The notes beneath the pieces are model-generated. The model had not been told where the DNA came from. It made no database searches and saw only the letters and a program-made list of their open reading frames with translations. From positions 101,362 to 165,361 of the forward strand of contig CAYXYK010000004.1 in NCBI GenBank assembly GCA_964469335.1: DNA of 64,000 nt. The letters are read 5' to 3'. Shown here piece by piece: positions 26,707 through 36,600 of the stretch. This DNA is from an uncultured Candidatus Saccharibacteria bacterium. Lineage in GTDB: Bacteria; Patescibacteriota; Minisyncoccia; Phycocordibacterales; UBA6899. The stretch's first letter is position 1, and the number at the start of each line of letters is the position of its first letter. A program made the translations under genes and the position numbers.

Positions 26707-27648
26707 ATGGAAGACCGTGTCGTTCTCCGTCCAACGCGCATCACGTCGAAGCATGTAGGACATCATAATCTTACCCCGAGCGGAGAACCTCCGCGCAGGA
26801 AAAAAAGGAGAAAGAGTAAACTCCTACAAGGTGCATTCATTACTGTTGGAGCGATGGCGATGACGGTACTTATCATACATGCCAGTGACTCGTTCAAGAA
26901 CCCGAACGATCTTGTTGCGGGAGTCGGAGGAGTAGCCGCACCGTCCGCACGTTGTCCGAGCGACATGGTATTCGTTTCCAGCCCAAACGGGGGATTTTGT
27001 ATCGACAAGTATGAGAACTCACCAGGGAAGTCGTGTCCGCACAGTGATCCGAAGAATCAATTCGAAACCAATGACAACATGTCGCAACCACTCTGTGTAT
27101 CGGTCTCTGTTCCTGAGTCCGACCCATGGGTAAATATCCCCGTCACGCAGGCGATGGAGATCTGCACAAGGGGAGGTAAGCACTTGGCGAGCAACGGCGA
27201 ATGGTACCGCGCCGCACTTGGTACTCCTGATACCGTCAACACGGAAATCGGAAGCCCGAATTGCGTACTCGGTCGCATCGGCGTGAGTCATGGAGAGAAG
27301 ACGGGGAGTCATAGTGCATGCGTTTCTTCTGTTGGGGCTTTCGACATGGTCGGGAATGTCTGGGAATGGGTCGACGGAAACATTGTGAACGGTATATACG
27401 AGAAACGCGATCTTCCGCGCGAAGGGTTCATTACGGAGACAGACGTCGATGGTGTCCCAGTGTCTGTTGCAAGTTCTTCTTCCGAAGTATTTCACGGTGA
27501 TTATTTCTATATCAAGCGGGACGGGGTCAGCGGAATGCTTCGCGGCGGATTCTGGAATCTCTCGGAAAAAGCTGGGGTAGCGACGGTGAATGCGACCATC
27601 CCGACGACGTTCGTTGGTAGTGCTGTCGGCTTCCGTTGCGCCAAATAA
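26707..27648 (+). CDS. membrane-anchored FGE-sulfatase (SUMF1/EgtB/PvdO-like) domain protein
   Basis: A basic N-terminal tail and one TM precede FGE-type motifs (GEWYRAALG, DMVGNVWEWVDG, LRGGFW, VGFRCAK). Confidence 0.75.
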   Translation: MEDRVVLRPTRITSKHVGHHNLTPSGEPPRRKKRRKSKLLQGAFITVGAMAMTVLIIHASDSFKNPNDLVAGVGGVAAPSARCPSDMVFVSSPNGGFCIDKYENSPGKSCPHSDPKNQFETNDNMSQPLCVSVSVPESDPWVNIPVTQAMEICTRGGKHLASNGEWYRAALGTPDTVNTEIGSPNCVLGRIGVSHGEKTGSHSACVSSVGAFDMVGNVWEWVDGNIVNGIYEKRDLPREGFITETDVDGVPVSVASSSSEVFHGDYFYIKRDGVSGMLRGGFWNLSEKAGVATVNATIPTTFVGSAVGFRCAK

Positions 27649-27650
27649 GA

Positions 27651-27686
27651 AAGCGTAGGAATAGCGATCTATTCCTACGCTTTGTT
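27651..27686 (+). terminator. hairpin terminator
   Basis: The hairpin AAGCGTAGGAATAgcgatcTATTCCTACGCTTtgtt has a perfect 13-bp stem. Confidence 0.55.
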
Positions 27687-27750
27687 AGAGACAGCATGAA
27701 CGCCAATTCATATTGCGGAAGAGTGAAAATCGCCGTAAAATTAAGGAGAT

Positions 27751-28194
27751 ATGGCAGATACAACTCCGACAGCACCCGTATATCGATTCCGTTATGCGAC
27801 GCTGATTATTGCGATCGTGATTTTCGGGCAGTTACAGTTGCCACACGTTTCCTTTTCGCAGATGGCAAGTTCCGCATATCAGAATCTTGCGAACGTCTCC
27901 TCGATCAATGCAGCGGTTCCACCGAACGAATACAATACGCTTGCGCAGCAATTTTCTGAAAAAGACCGTGAACTCACCGCTCGAGAGCAGGAGCTGATTG
28001 CACGAGAAAAGGCGCTCGATGCGAAGTATCAGGAAGAGATCGCGAGCACCAAACGTACGACACTGCTGACCATTCTTGGTGCGACAGTCATACTGATACT
28101 TCTGATTTTGGCGAATTTCTATTTTGATATCAAGCGGGAAGAGGAACGTGAGCGGGTGCTCAGGGCCGAACGAGGCGAATCTTCTCCCCTATGA
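27751..28194 (+). CDS. hypothetical bitopic coiled-coil membrane protein
   Basis: The protein has an N-terminal TM, a Glu/Arg-rich coiled coil, a second TM and a basic/acidic tail. Its stop overlaps the next start (ATGA). Confidence 0.45.
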   Translation: MADTTPTAPVYRFRYATLIIAIVIFGQLQLPHVSFSQMASSAYQNLANVSSINAAVPPNEYNTLAQQFSEKDRELTAREQELIAREKALDAKYQEEIASTKRTTLLTILGATVILILLILANFYFDIKREEERERVLRAERGESSPL

Positions 28195-29114
28195 GTCAGC
28201 GTGTCGTACTCAAGCCCGTTCGTGTCTCTTCTCGTCAACCCGATGCTCCGAGAAGAAAGAAGAAGCACAATAATCTCTGGAAAGGGATACTTGTCGTGCT
28301 TCTCTCGACAGGTCTCACGACACTTGCGATCAAGGCGAGCGACTCGTTCGAGAATCCCTCTGCACTCATTGCTGGAGTCGCGGGTTCAAAGCAGGCACAG
28401 GTCGACACGCATTGTCCTCCAGAAATGGCATATGTCAGTACTGCGGAAGGTGGATATTGCATAGACAAATATGAAGTATCCGCAGGGGATACCTGTGCTC
28501 GTACCGATCCTGCAAATGAATTTGAAACCCAAGCGGATCTTACTGACCCGAAATGTCTCCCGGTCTCACAGGTCGGGAATCCACCATGGGTGAATGTCCC
28601 GCTTCATCACGCTATGGCGATCTGTGCGAAAGTAGGGAAACGACTTCCAACCAACAAGGAATGGTATCGATCGGCAATAGGCACACCTGACAATGTGCAA
28701 TCGGACGATCCTTCCGCGTGCGCGCTTGGAAAGACCGGGCAAACGCATTCCGAGCCGACTGGGGTGCGATCAGCATGCGTGTCGTCATTCGGAGTCTATG
28801 ACATGGTCGGCAACGTATGGGAGTGGGTCGACGGACAGGTCGAAGACGGAAAATACGGAAGCCGCTTCCTTCCGAACGACGGTTATGTCGATGAAGTTGA
28901 CGTCGATGGTGTGCCGACCAAAACCGCGACCACATCCGATCTCGCGTTCGGGGAAGACTACTTATTCGTCGATCATTCGGGGGTACGAGGGATGATCCGT
29001 GGAGGATTCTGGTCGCTCAAGGAAAAAGCCGGCATCTTTGATATCAATGCCACCATTCCCACCTCCTTTGTCGGCGATGCGGTGGGATTTCGCTGTGCAA
29101 AAGACGCAAGCTGA
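28191..29114 (+). CDS. membrane-anchored FGE-sulfatase domain protein (paralog)
   Basis: The protein has the same motifs as the 26707 gene (KEWYRSAIG, DMVGNVWEWVDG, IRGGFW, VGFRCAK). The two proteins align collinearly. Confidence 0.75.
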   Translation: MSQRVVLKPVRVSSRQPDAPRRKKKHNNLWKGILVVLLSTGLTTLAIKASDSFENPSALIAGVAGSKQAQVDTHCPPEMAYVSTAEGGYCIDKYEVSAGDTCARTDPANEFETQADLTDPKCLPVSQVGNPPWVNVPLHHAMAICAKVGKRLPTNKEWYRSAIGTPDNVQSDDPSACALGKTGQTHSEPTGVRSACVSSFGVYDMVGNVWEWVDGQVEDGKYGSRFLPNDGYVDEVDVDGVPTKTATTSDLAFGEDYLFVDHSGVRGMIRGGFWSLKEKAGIFDINATIPTSFVGDAVGFRCAKDAS

Positions 29115-29178
29115 AAATCCAAATGATGTCCACTGGATCACTGTGGCGACATCACGGTGAGTTTTCGTTATTGCATAG

Positions 29179-29184
29179 TATAAT
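29179..29184 (+). promoter_or_regulatory. -10 element TATAAT 6 nt upstream of ATG (leaderless transcript predicted)
   Basis: The sequence is catagTATAATatttgcATG. Confidence 0.45.
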
Positions 29185-29190
29185 ATTTGC

Positions 29191-30903
29191 ATGAGGTCTT
29201 CGCGTATGTTCACACGTATACTTTTGTTTTTCGTCGTGGCACTCACCGGGACACTCTTCCTCCCGGATGCGGTCGTTGCTGGTCCGACATATTTCACTAG
29301 TGATTTGATCACCGACTCGACACCTGCGGGCACGTCGACAACGCATACGGTGACGTTCAATCCGGGTCTCGCGATACCGACTGCTGGAAAGATCATGATC
29401 ATTCCTGAGCCGAACGGCGGAGGGGTATTCACTGTTCCTCCCGCACTCAACCTTGCTGATATCACACTTGAAGTATCCGCAGGAGGAGGACCGTTCGTCG
29501 CGCGTCCGCTTGCGCTTCTTCCTTCGGGTGTCAGCGACGGGGTGACAGTCACCACAGGTGTGAACGGTTTCATCACCTTCGACCTCGCGACCGGTGTTCC
29601 TGGGATCGCCGCGGGCGACACGGTAAAAGTCACAATAGGCGGAGCGAACTTCATCACTTCGCCAGCGGTGCAAGGTTCCTATCGTATCCGCATCCGTACG
29701 TTTGACGCTGCGAGTCTCCCACTCGATGTCGGAACCGCGATGATCGCCATCGTCGAACGGGTCACCGTCACCGGCGACATCCAGGTCATCGTTCCACTCC
29801 GCTCGAACGGTTTGCCGACGGGCCTCCTGCCTGGTGCGACAACGAATGTCCTAGTTTCCTTGAACACTGACATTCCTGCATTCTGTAAATATGCGACGAC
29901 TTCAGGAGTCGATTTCTTCGCGATGTCGTCGACGACGATATTCCTCGACGCGAATGCGGGGCTCCTCCATTACATCAATGTGCCGGTGTTCGAGAACGAT
30001 ATCTTCACATACTACCTTCGCTGCGTGAGCTCGAATGGTAATCCGAATCCCGATGACTACGTGATCACATTCGAGATCGGTGTCATACCGAACGCATCGA
30101 CAACGCCCCTCCCTCCGCCTCCGCCCCCGACTCCCTCAGGTCCGTCGGGTGGTGGCGGGGGAGGAGGGCTGTTCCTCAAGGGCGGAGATGTCACTATTTC
30201 TGGTACAGGAATTCCGGGCGGCGCACTGACCATTCTCAAGGACGGTAAGATCGCAAAGGAAGATCAGGTCTCCGTTACCGGCTCGTTCACGAACGCATTC
30301 ACTCAGCTCGACCGCGGTACGTATACGTGGGGAGTCTACGTGAAAGACCCTGACGGTAATCTCTCCTCGACCTACAATTCCACGATCTATCTCATCGGCG
30401 GTACCAACAATATCATCGCACCGGTTTACCTCTCTCCGACCATCAAGGCTGCCACTACGACGGTGCCTATCGGGGGATCGCTCCTGATTTCCGGCTACGG
30501 TATCCCGCTTACCACGGTGCAGGCGATCATGAACAAGCAGGGAGATGTGCTGAACTCGAAGATCATCACCGGGACGACCACATCGAACGGGAACGGTTCA
30601 TGGAAGATGGTGCTTTCGACCGAAGGACTAAAGAAGGGAACCTATGAAGTGAAGGCACAGTCGCTTGTGACGACCAGGGACCAGAGCGTCTTTTCCCCGA
30701 CCCTCTACATCGGCGTAGGCGAGAACCCCAATCCGAATTTCAAGAATCGCGCAGATCTCAACAAGGACGGCAAGGTCAACTTGGTCGACTTCTCTATCTT
30801 GCTTTTCAATTGGAAGACGAGTGATGCGGTCGCTGATATCAATCAGGATGGGACGGTGTCGCTGATCGACTTTTCGATCATGCTCGCCAACTGGACCGGC
30901 TAG
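29191..30903 (+). CDS. secreted multi-domain protein with C-terminal type-I-like dockerin
   Basis: The protein has a signal peptide, beta domains, a Pro-rich then Gly-rich linker (PPPPPPTPSGPSGGGGGGG) and Ig-like modules. It ends with the two-segment dockerin DLNKDGKVNLVDFSILLFNW ... DINQDGTVSLIDFSIMLANW. Confidence 0.75.
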   Translation: MRSSRMFTRILLFFVVALTGTLFLPDAVVAGPTYFTSDLITDSTPAGTSTTHTVTFNPGLAIPTAGKIMIIPEPNGGGVFTVPPALNLADITLEVSAGGGPFVARPLALLPSGVSDGVTVTTGVNGFITFDLATGVPGIAAGDTVKVTIGGANFITSPAVQGSYRIRIRTFDAASLPLDVGTAMIAIVERVTVTGDIQVIVPLRSNGLPTGLLPGATTNVLVSLNTDIPAFCKYATTSGVDFFAMSSTTIFLDANAGLLHYINVPVFENDIFTYYLRCVSSNGNPNPDDYVITFEIGVIPNASTTPLPPPPPPTPSGPSGGGGGGGLFLKGGDVTISGTGIPGGALTILKDGKIAKEDQVSVTGSFTNAFTQLDRGTYTWGVYVKDPDGNLSSTYNSTIYLIGGTNNIIAPVYLSPTIKAATTTVPIGGSLLISGYGIPLTTVQAIMNKQGDVLNSKIITGTTTSNGNGSWKMVLSTEGLKKGTYEVKAQSLVTTRDQSVFSPTLYIGVGENPNPNFKNRADLNKDGKVNLVDFSILLFNWKTSDAVADINQDGTVSLIDFSIMLANWTG

Positions 30904-31026
30904 CAGTTCGAAATTGAGCGAAATACTTCGTTGAAACGCTGTTGAGCGCCTCGCCTTACACGGAGTGAGGCTCGGCCTGCTCTACAGCGTTTCGCCTTGT
31001 ACTTCATCTCAATTTTGAACTGCTAG
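30899..31026 (+). repeat. long nested-hairpin element overlapping the stop codon
   Basis: The outer inverted repeat is GCTAGCAGTTCGAAATTGAG / CTCAATTTTGAACTGCTAG. The centre is CCTTACAcggaGTGAGG, the same core as at 26578. Confidence 0.45.
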
Positions 31027-31224
31027 ATGATAGCTCGCGTCTCGGGTGGGGGGCGCACAAATGAGTTACAAACACCACATACAAAAAATTACTCTGTGAA
31101 TCCACTGGTTCTCCACAATTGTTTTGCAACTATGTTGTGCAAGTTGATTGAAGGGACGTATAATGTAGGTAATAGTTCGTGTGCGTCATGGAGGGACGCA
31201 TTATAAATAATTTGTACTTTTATC

Positions 31225-31731
31225 ATGAGTTCGTTCTTACAAAAACTGAAAGGAAAAGGTGTCGGAGTGACGGAAGACCACACAGCCGAGCCTGTGCATT
31301 CACAGAAATCCGATGTTCCCTCGGGTGTGACGCAACTGCCGGTCGACGTGCAGCAGAGTGATACCGAGATCATCATCTACGCGCAAGTCCCGGGTACCGA
31401 GATCAAGGACCTTGATGTGTCGATCGAGGGTGACAATGATGTCATCACCATCCAGGGTACATCGCGCAGACCCTCGGAGCTTGTTGGCGGTAAATCCGAA
31501 GAGGAAAGTGCCGTCATCATCAAGCAGGGTCGCGTCGCAGGACACGAAGACTTCACGCTCGAAGAATGCGCGTGGGGGAAATTTTTCCGCCAGATCATCC
31601 TTCCCCAAGAGGTTGATGCGGCATCAGCTCAGGCAAAAGTGAAAGATGGCGTGCTCGCGCTTCATCTTCCTCTCAAAGGTCATGCTACCAACAAGATGCG
31701 CATGCATGTCGAGCGCGTCGATTCTGTATAA
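31225..31731 (+). CDS. Hsp20/alpha-crystallin family small heat-shock protein
   Basis: The protein has the ACD core (DVQQSDTEIIIYAQVPGTEIKDLDVSIEGDNDVITIQG ... FRQIILPQEVDAASAQAKVKDGVLALHLPL). Confidence 0.85.
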   Translation: MSSFLQKLKGKGVGVTEDHTAEPVHSQKSDVPSGVTQLPVDVQQSDTEIIIYAQVPGTEIKDLDVSIEGDNDVITIQGTSRRPSELVGGKSEEESAVIIKQGRVAGHEDFTLEECAWGKFFRQIILPQEVDAASAQAKVKDGVLALHLPLKGHATNKMRMHVERVDSV

Positions 31732-31746
31732 CGACACACTTGCACG

Positions 31747-33261
31747 GTGAGTCCGTGCGCGCGCGACCATAGTATGCTGAAATCCTTCACGAGAATAGAT
31801 TTGCCCAAGTTCCTTCTCGGAGCGGTTTCGATTTTTTTCATACCGACTTTTGCGCTCACACAGACAGGAGCATCACTTTCTATCTCTCCGGACAGCGGGA
31901 CGTTCGCGGCGGGGAAGACATTCACCGTCAATATCGTCATCGATTCTGCTGATGGGTTCAATACCGGCAACGCGACGCTCAACTACGACCCTGCGGTACT
32001 CTCTGCGACCGGCGTCTCGAAAGGTAGTTCCGCTTTCTCCCTCTGGGCGGTCGAGCCTTCATTCGACAACAGTAAAGGTACGGTCAGTTTCGAAGGTGGG
32101 AATACCTCACCTCTCACCGGCAAGAAGACCATCCTTTCCGTCAGCTTCAGGGGCCTCACTGAAGGAAAGACTGACCTTTCGTTCTCGGCAGGTTCCGTGC
32201 TTGCGGCGGATGGAAAGGGTACCGATATTCTCGGTGCAAAGAACGGTGCCTCTTTCACGATAGGAGCAAAAGAGCTTGCAGTTGAGCCGCCTCCCGCACC
32301 TCCTGCAGCGCCGACAGACACTGGTGGAGGAGGGGGCGTGAAGCCCGACGCTCCTATCGTTTCTTCTCCGACACACTCCGACGAGAGTCTGTACTACAAT
32401 GCGAAGAAAGCAAAGTTCACTTGGGATCTTCCTCCGGATGTCACGGTCGTGCGACTCGCGCTCGACACAAGCGGAAGTACTACTCCAACGACGAACTATG
32501 ATCCCGCGATCAGCGAAAAGGAATTCGATCAACTCACCGACGGAGTGATGTATTTTCATTTGCGATACAAGAACGACGGCGGATGGGGTCCGGTCACACA
32601 CAGGAAGATCATGGTCGATCGTACTCCGCCTCCGGCGTTCGAGGTTGAAGCGACCACGGATGCGTCATCGTCGGATGTCATTCTTAAGTTCTCTGCCACA
32701 GATACTCTTTCGGGTATAGATCATTACGAACTGACCGTAGACGGCGGGACTCCGGTGAAGGCCTCACTTGCCGAACTTCTTTCGGGAGAATACAACTTGA
32801 CCGGTCAAGAATTGGGTGACCACAAACTTAAGGTCGCAGCTTTTGATAAAGCGGGGAATGCGGGTGAAGGAGCAGCAAATTTCAAGATCACCTACGACGC
32901 AGAGGCGGCAAAAAAAGGACTCGACGAGGGAGAGGCGAAGCCCACTGATTGGCGACTGATCATCGATATCGTTCTGGTCGCGTTCATCGCATTCCTGCTC
33001 GGGTATCTGTGGTATGAGCGCGGTGCGTTCCTACATGAGAAATATGTCTCGAAACGCGAAGCGGACGAAGTGCGCGACAATCTTGGCAATATCTTTGCTG
33101 CTCTCCGTGAAGAGGTGGGAGAGCAGGTCACCTATCTTTTCGACAAGCCCAATCCCTCTGCACTCAACAGGGAAGTGCTTGGGAACATCAATGAAGCGAT
33201 TGATCTCTCGGAAGAGCTACTCTCCAAAGAAGTTGAGGACGTTCGTAAGTTACTTTCGTAA
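31747..33261 (+). CDS. membrane-anchored cohesin-domain protein (scaffoldin-like)
   Basis: A signal/TM precedes a cohesin-like domain (LSISPDSGTFAAGKTFTVNIVIDSADGFNTGNATLNYDPAVL ... FSLWAVEP ... GTVSFEGG). A Pro-rich linker, Ig/Fn-like domains, a C-terminal TM (LIIDIVLVAFIAFLLGYLWY) and a cytoplasmic acidic tail follow. Confidence 0.7.
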   Translation: MSPCARDHSMLKSFTRIDLPKFLLGAVSIFFIPTFALTQTGASLSISPDSGTFAAGKTFTVNIVIDSADGFNTGNATLNYDPAVLSATGVSKGSSAFSLWAVEPSFDNSKGTVSFEGGNTSPLTGKKTILSVSFRGLTEGKTDLSFSAGSVLAADGKGTDILGAKNGASFTIGAKELAVEPPPAPPAAPTDTGGGGGVKPDAPIVSSPTHSDESLYYNAKKAKFTWDLPPDVTVVRLALDTSGSTTPTTNYDPAISEKEFDQLTDGVMYFHLRYKNDGGWGPVTHRKIMVDRTPPPAFEVEATTDASSSDVILKFSATDTLSGIDHYELTVDGGTPVKASLAELLSGEYNLTGQELGDHKLKVAAFDKAGNAGEGAANFKITYDAEAAKKGLDEGEAKPTDWRLIIDIVLVAFIAFLLGYLWYERGAFLHEKYVSKREADEVRDNLGNIFAALREEVGEQVTYLFDKPNPSALNREVLGNINEAIDLSEELLSKEVEDVRKLLS

Positions 33262-33367
33262 CTGGCAAATTTCGTCGTTGCGGGTCCCATGCAATTCAGT
33301 CAACGTACTGTGAGTAGGTCTTCTTCATTGCATTTCCCGCGCCTCGAACTTTATCCAGTTATGAAAG
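33252..33367 (+). repeat. structured intergenic element, copy A (core GTCAACGTACTGTGAGTAGGTCTTCTTCAT)
   Basis: The flanking inverted repeat is CTTTCGTAACTGGCAAATTTCG / CGAACTTTATCCAGTTATGAAAG. The inner stems are gcggg/cccgc and atgcaat/attgcat. The core differs from copy B at only 3 of 30 positions. Confidence 0.45.
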
Positions 33368-33645
33368 AACTTGAATAAGTATTTAAAATTTTCCAATCAA
33401 AATTTGAGGGAAAAATCAATAATTTTTTGCACATTTTTTCTGAAAAAACGCTTAGATGGTAAGAATTTTTTCAAAGTGCAGTGAGATGCAAAAAAATCTG
33501 TGGACAACTCGTGTTGCTTCCACGAAAGCCCTCAGTTGAGCCATGGTTTAAGAGCGATTTTAGCCCTATTTGAAGCCGTATTTTGGCTTTTTTCTGGTAA
33601 AATTAAGCCTAGCCAATCCTTTTTGGAGGAGGGGTGTGTATTTTC

Positions 33646-36600
33646 ATGTACCGACGCCTACGAACCTATGCACGAAGAGTGATTCACGCGTTTTCAACGC
33701 GCACGAGAGTCGCCTCAACCCTACTTTTTCTGGTACTCAGCGGATGGCTTGTATCGCAGTTCGTTCTTGCCCAGAAGGAATTGAATGTCTACATCTTTCC
33801 GTCCGCAGTGACGAGTGATGGATGGAACGACGATATTCAATCGCTCAGCCAGGATCTTTCTCCTGACGCAACGCTTGCGAATTTCACTACACTCAATTCA
33901 GCATCCGTTTCGTTCGGGTCTCTGGGCGCGGCTCCTGTCGCGACCTCATCGGTTCCCGGCGTGCCCACACCATCAGAAAGCGATCTGAGTACTTCGCTTG
34001 AGAACGTACTTCCTACTACCCCGTCTGTGGTGCCTACTGCACTCCCACTCAACGGCAACGATGAGCCGATCCTCGTTCCTGCAGTGGGAGAGGCGACCAC
34101 ATCTTCGGTGATCAGTCTTCCTAATCCCTTCGTTCCTGTCACGCCGCTACCTGAGAGCATCACTGCCTCATCTGCACAATCACTAAATCTATTGCCGGAT
34201 ATTCTGACCGATTTATTTGGCGTGAAGAAAGTGCTTGCACAAGAGCATGCTTCAGCGACGCCCAATGTGAGTGTGTCCGAGACTACGACCCCTGTTGTGA
34301 TGAATCAGGAAGGAAATGCCAGTGCCACTTTGCCAACTGTACCGGAACCTTACGTCCCCACCCCGATGTCGGCTGATCCCTATTCTGTCGCTTCATGTAC
34401 GACACTGGGACTCACATGCCACCTCATGACCTTCGTCGGGTTCGGGCTCGGAGATGCCTTCTCATCCCACCCGCTCACTTCAGCGACACTTGAGCTTTCT
34501 GTTGCGGGTCGTTCAGAGCTTTCCGCCCTGCAGCATGACCGATTGTTGGTTCGTGTATTCCATGCAGGTCGTTGGGAATTCCTTGGCGAAACTGAGATCA
34601 AGGGTGAACTTTCGAATGCAAAACGCGGAGGCTACCTTTCGTATGATCTTCCTGAGATCGCTGATTGGAAAGACCTTTCGGACATGAAGGTTGTTGTTGA
34701 GTATGCGCGCGAAGGTGAAGGGAATGCATCGCTCCTCATCGACGGTGTGTGGGTGAATGCGAAATACGGTACTGATAGCATCTCCGCCGATGCGACACCT
34801 GAAGAGATCGCGCTCTCGCAGTCGAACGTACGCAGTACTTTGTTCGCAAAGGACGCAGAAGATCGAAAAGTGAGACGTGACATCCTTGATACTCCGGAAG
34901 GAAGGGAGATCGCGCTTATGCATGCGGATGAGCACGACGATGCGGACATCATCATCAAGACCGACAAAGAGATATATCGCACCCTCGGGAATACCTCTGC
35001 ATACTTCAATGTCACCAACCAAAGCGACAAGGAACAGGTCGTTCGGCTGCAGTTCCATTTTCCTGAGGGTGGCGGCGGAGTTGCATCATTGTCCCGCCTT
35101 TCTCGCTCAGTCCCGTACAAAGTAAGTAATCTGAAATACGATTCCGTCGGTTACTTCTGTGCAAGCGGATGGCAGAGCGCCTCGTCGACCGACACGAAAG
35201 GATTTACTTGTGTTGATATGAATGAGACCCGATCTTGTGATGCGCTCAACGACGATAAGACGAACTGTATCGTCAGTGGTGCGCGAGTCGGGCTCACAGA
35301 AGACATCGAATATCGTGACGGATGGGTTCCTAGCGCTCTTCTACAGGGCTCGTTCCGTGATGATGCGGGCATCTTCGCCAAGGCGATCGACCTCATTCTC
35401 GGTAAGTTGCCTTCGGGAGCGATCCCTCCTTCTGAACAGCCGGTCTCGTACATCGAGAATTCGGTACTTCTTCTCCCGGGGCAGACTGCATACCTTCGCG
35501 CAGATCTTGCGCTCCCACTCAATGGACGCGGGGATTTCTATATCGAGGGAGCAACGGAGAGCGGTGCGTACGGTCTCGTTCATGCCGCATGGGATGGTTC
35601 ATGGAACTACCGTGTGCCCGTTGATATCGATAACGAGAAAGTCGAGACTGAAGACTCGTATGCCGTCCCGGTGTCGCTCGACTCGCTTCCGCTCGCATTC
35701 TGGGACAGGGTCAACGCGGACGGCTCGGATGTCCGTTTCGTTGACGAGACCGGGACGCAGGAACTCCCGTACTGGCTCTCTTCGTGGAAATACGAAGACC
35801 GAAAAGCATTCGCCTGGGTGCGAATCCCGAAGACGAGCAATTCGACCACTACGCGCATCTATGTGTACTACGGTGATCATAGTGCCGCTTCCCGCTCGTC
35901 GCTCACTGCTCCGTTCCGTACCGATAGGCTCACTTCGCGCGCGGTGATCGCAGGCTCGAGTCAGCATGATATGACACTACTCGCAATCGCGCTCGATGAA
36001 GATACGCACATCCAAGCGGGGGAGCATGAGCCAGTCACTCTCAAGAAGGGAGAGACTGCACTCTTTGGGTCGCTCGCACCGGGCGATGTAGTCCAAGCTG
36101 ATGGGCCGATATCTCTTTCGCTTGAGTCGAGCGGTTCAGGTGCGACGGTCGTTCCATACGGATATACTGGCGGCAATTTCGTTATTCCGGGAATCGGCGG
36201 TGAGCGCATCCTTTCGATGACTGCCGTCGAAGATGGTGAGGTGCACACGGAGCTCAAGCGAGGGAGTGCTACTTCGACAACTCTCGATCCGATTGCAGGG
36301 ACGATCGTTTCGGATACGGTGGATCTCGACAGTTCGATCCGTGTCGATGCGGCAAGTGATGTCATGGCACTCCTTTCTGCGGGGGATGGCACGCGCCTTA
36401 CCCCGCTTTATCCGTCGACCGATGAACCGCTTTATGGTTTCATGCTCGGAAAGACAGTGGTTGGATTCGGAACAGACGGATCGACGATGAAGGCGGTGTG
36501 TGCCGGAGGTGCGGTCAAATCCGCCGACGGACGTAGAGACGGCATGATGACCGTCCTCGATCATTGTCAAAGTTCCGTTCTTCCTTCGCTCGCCGACGCA

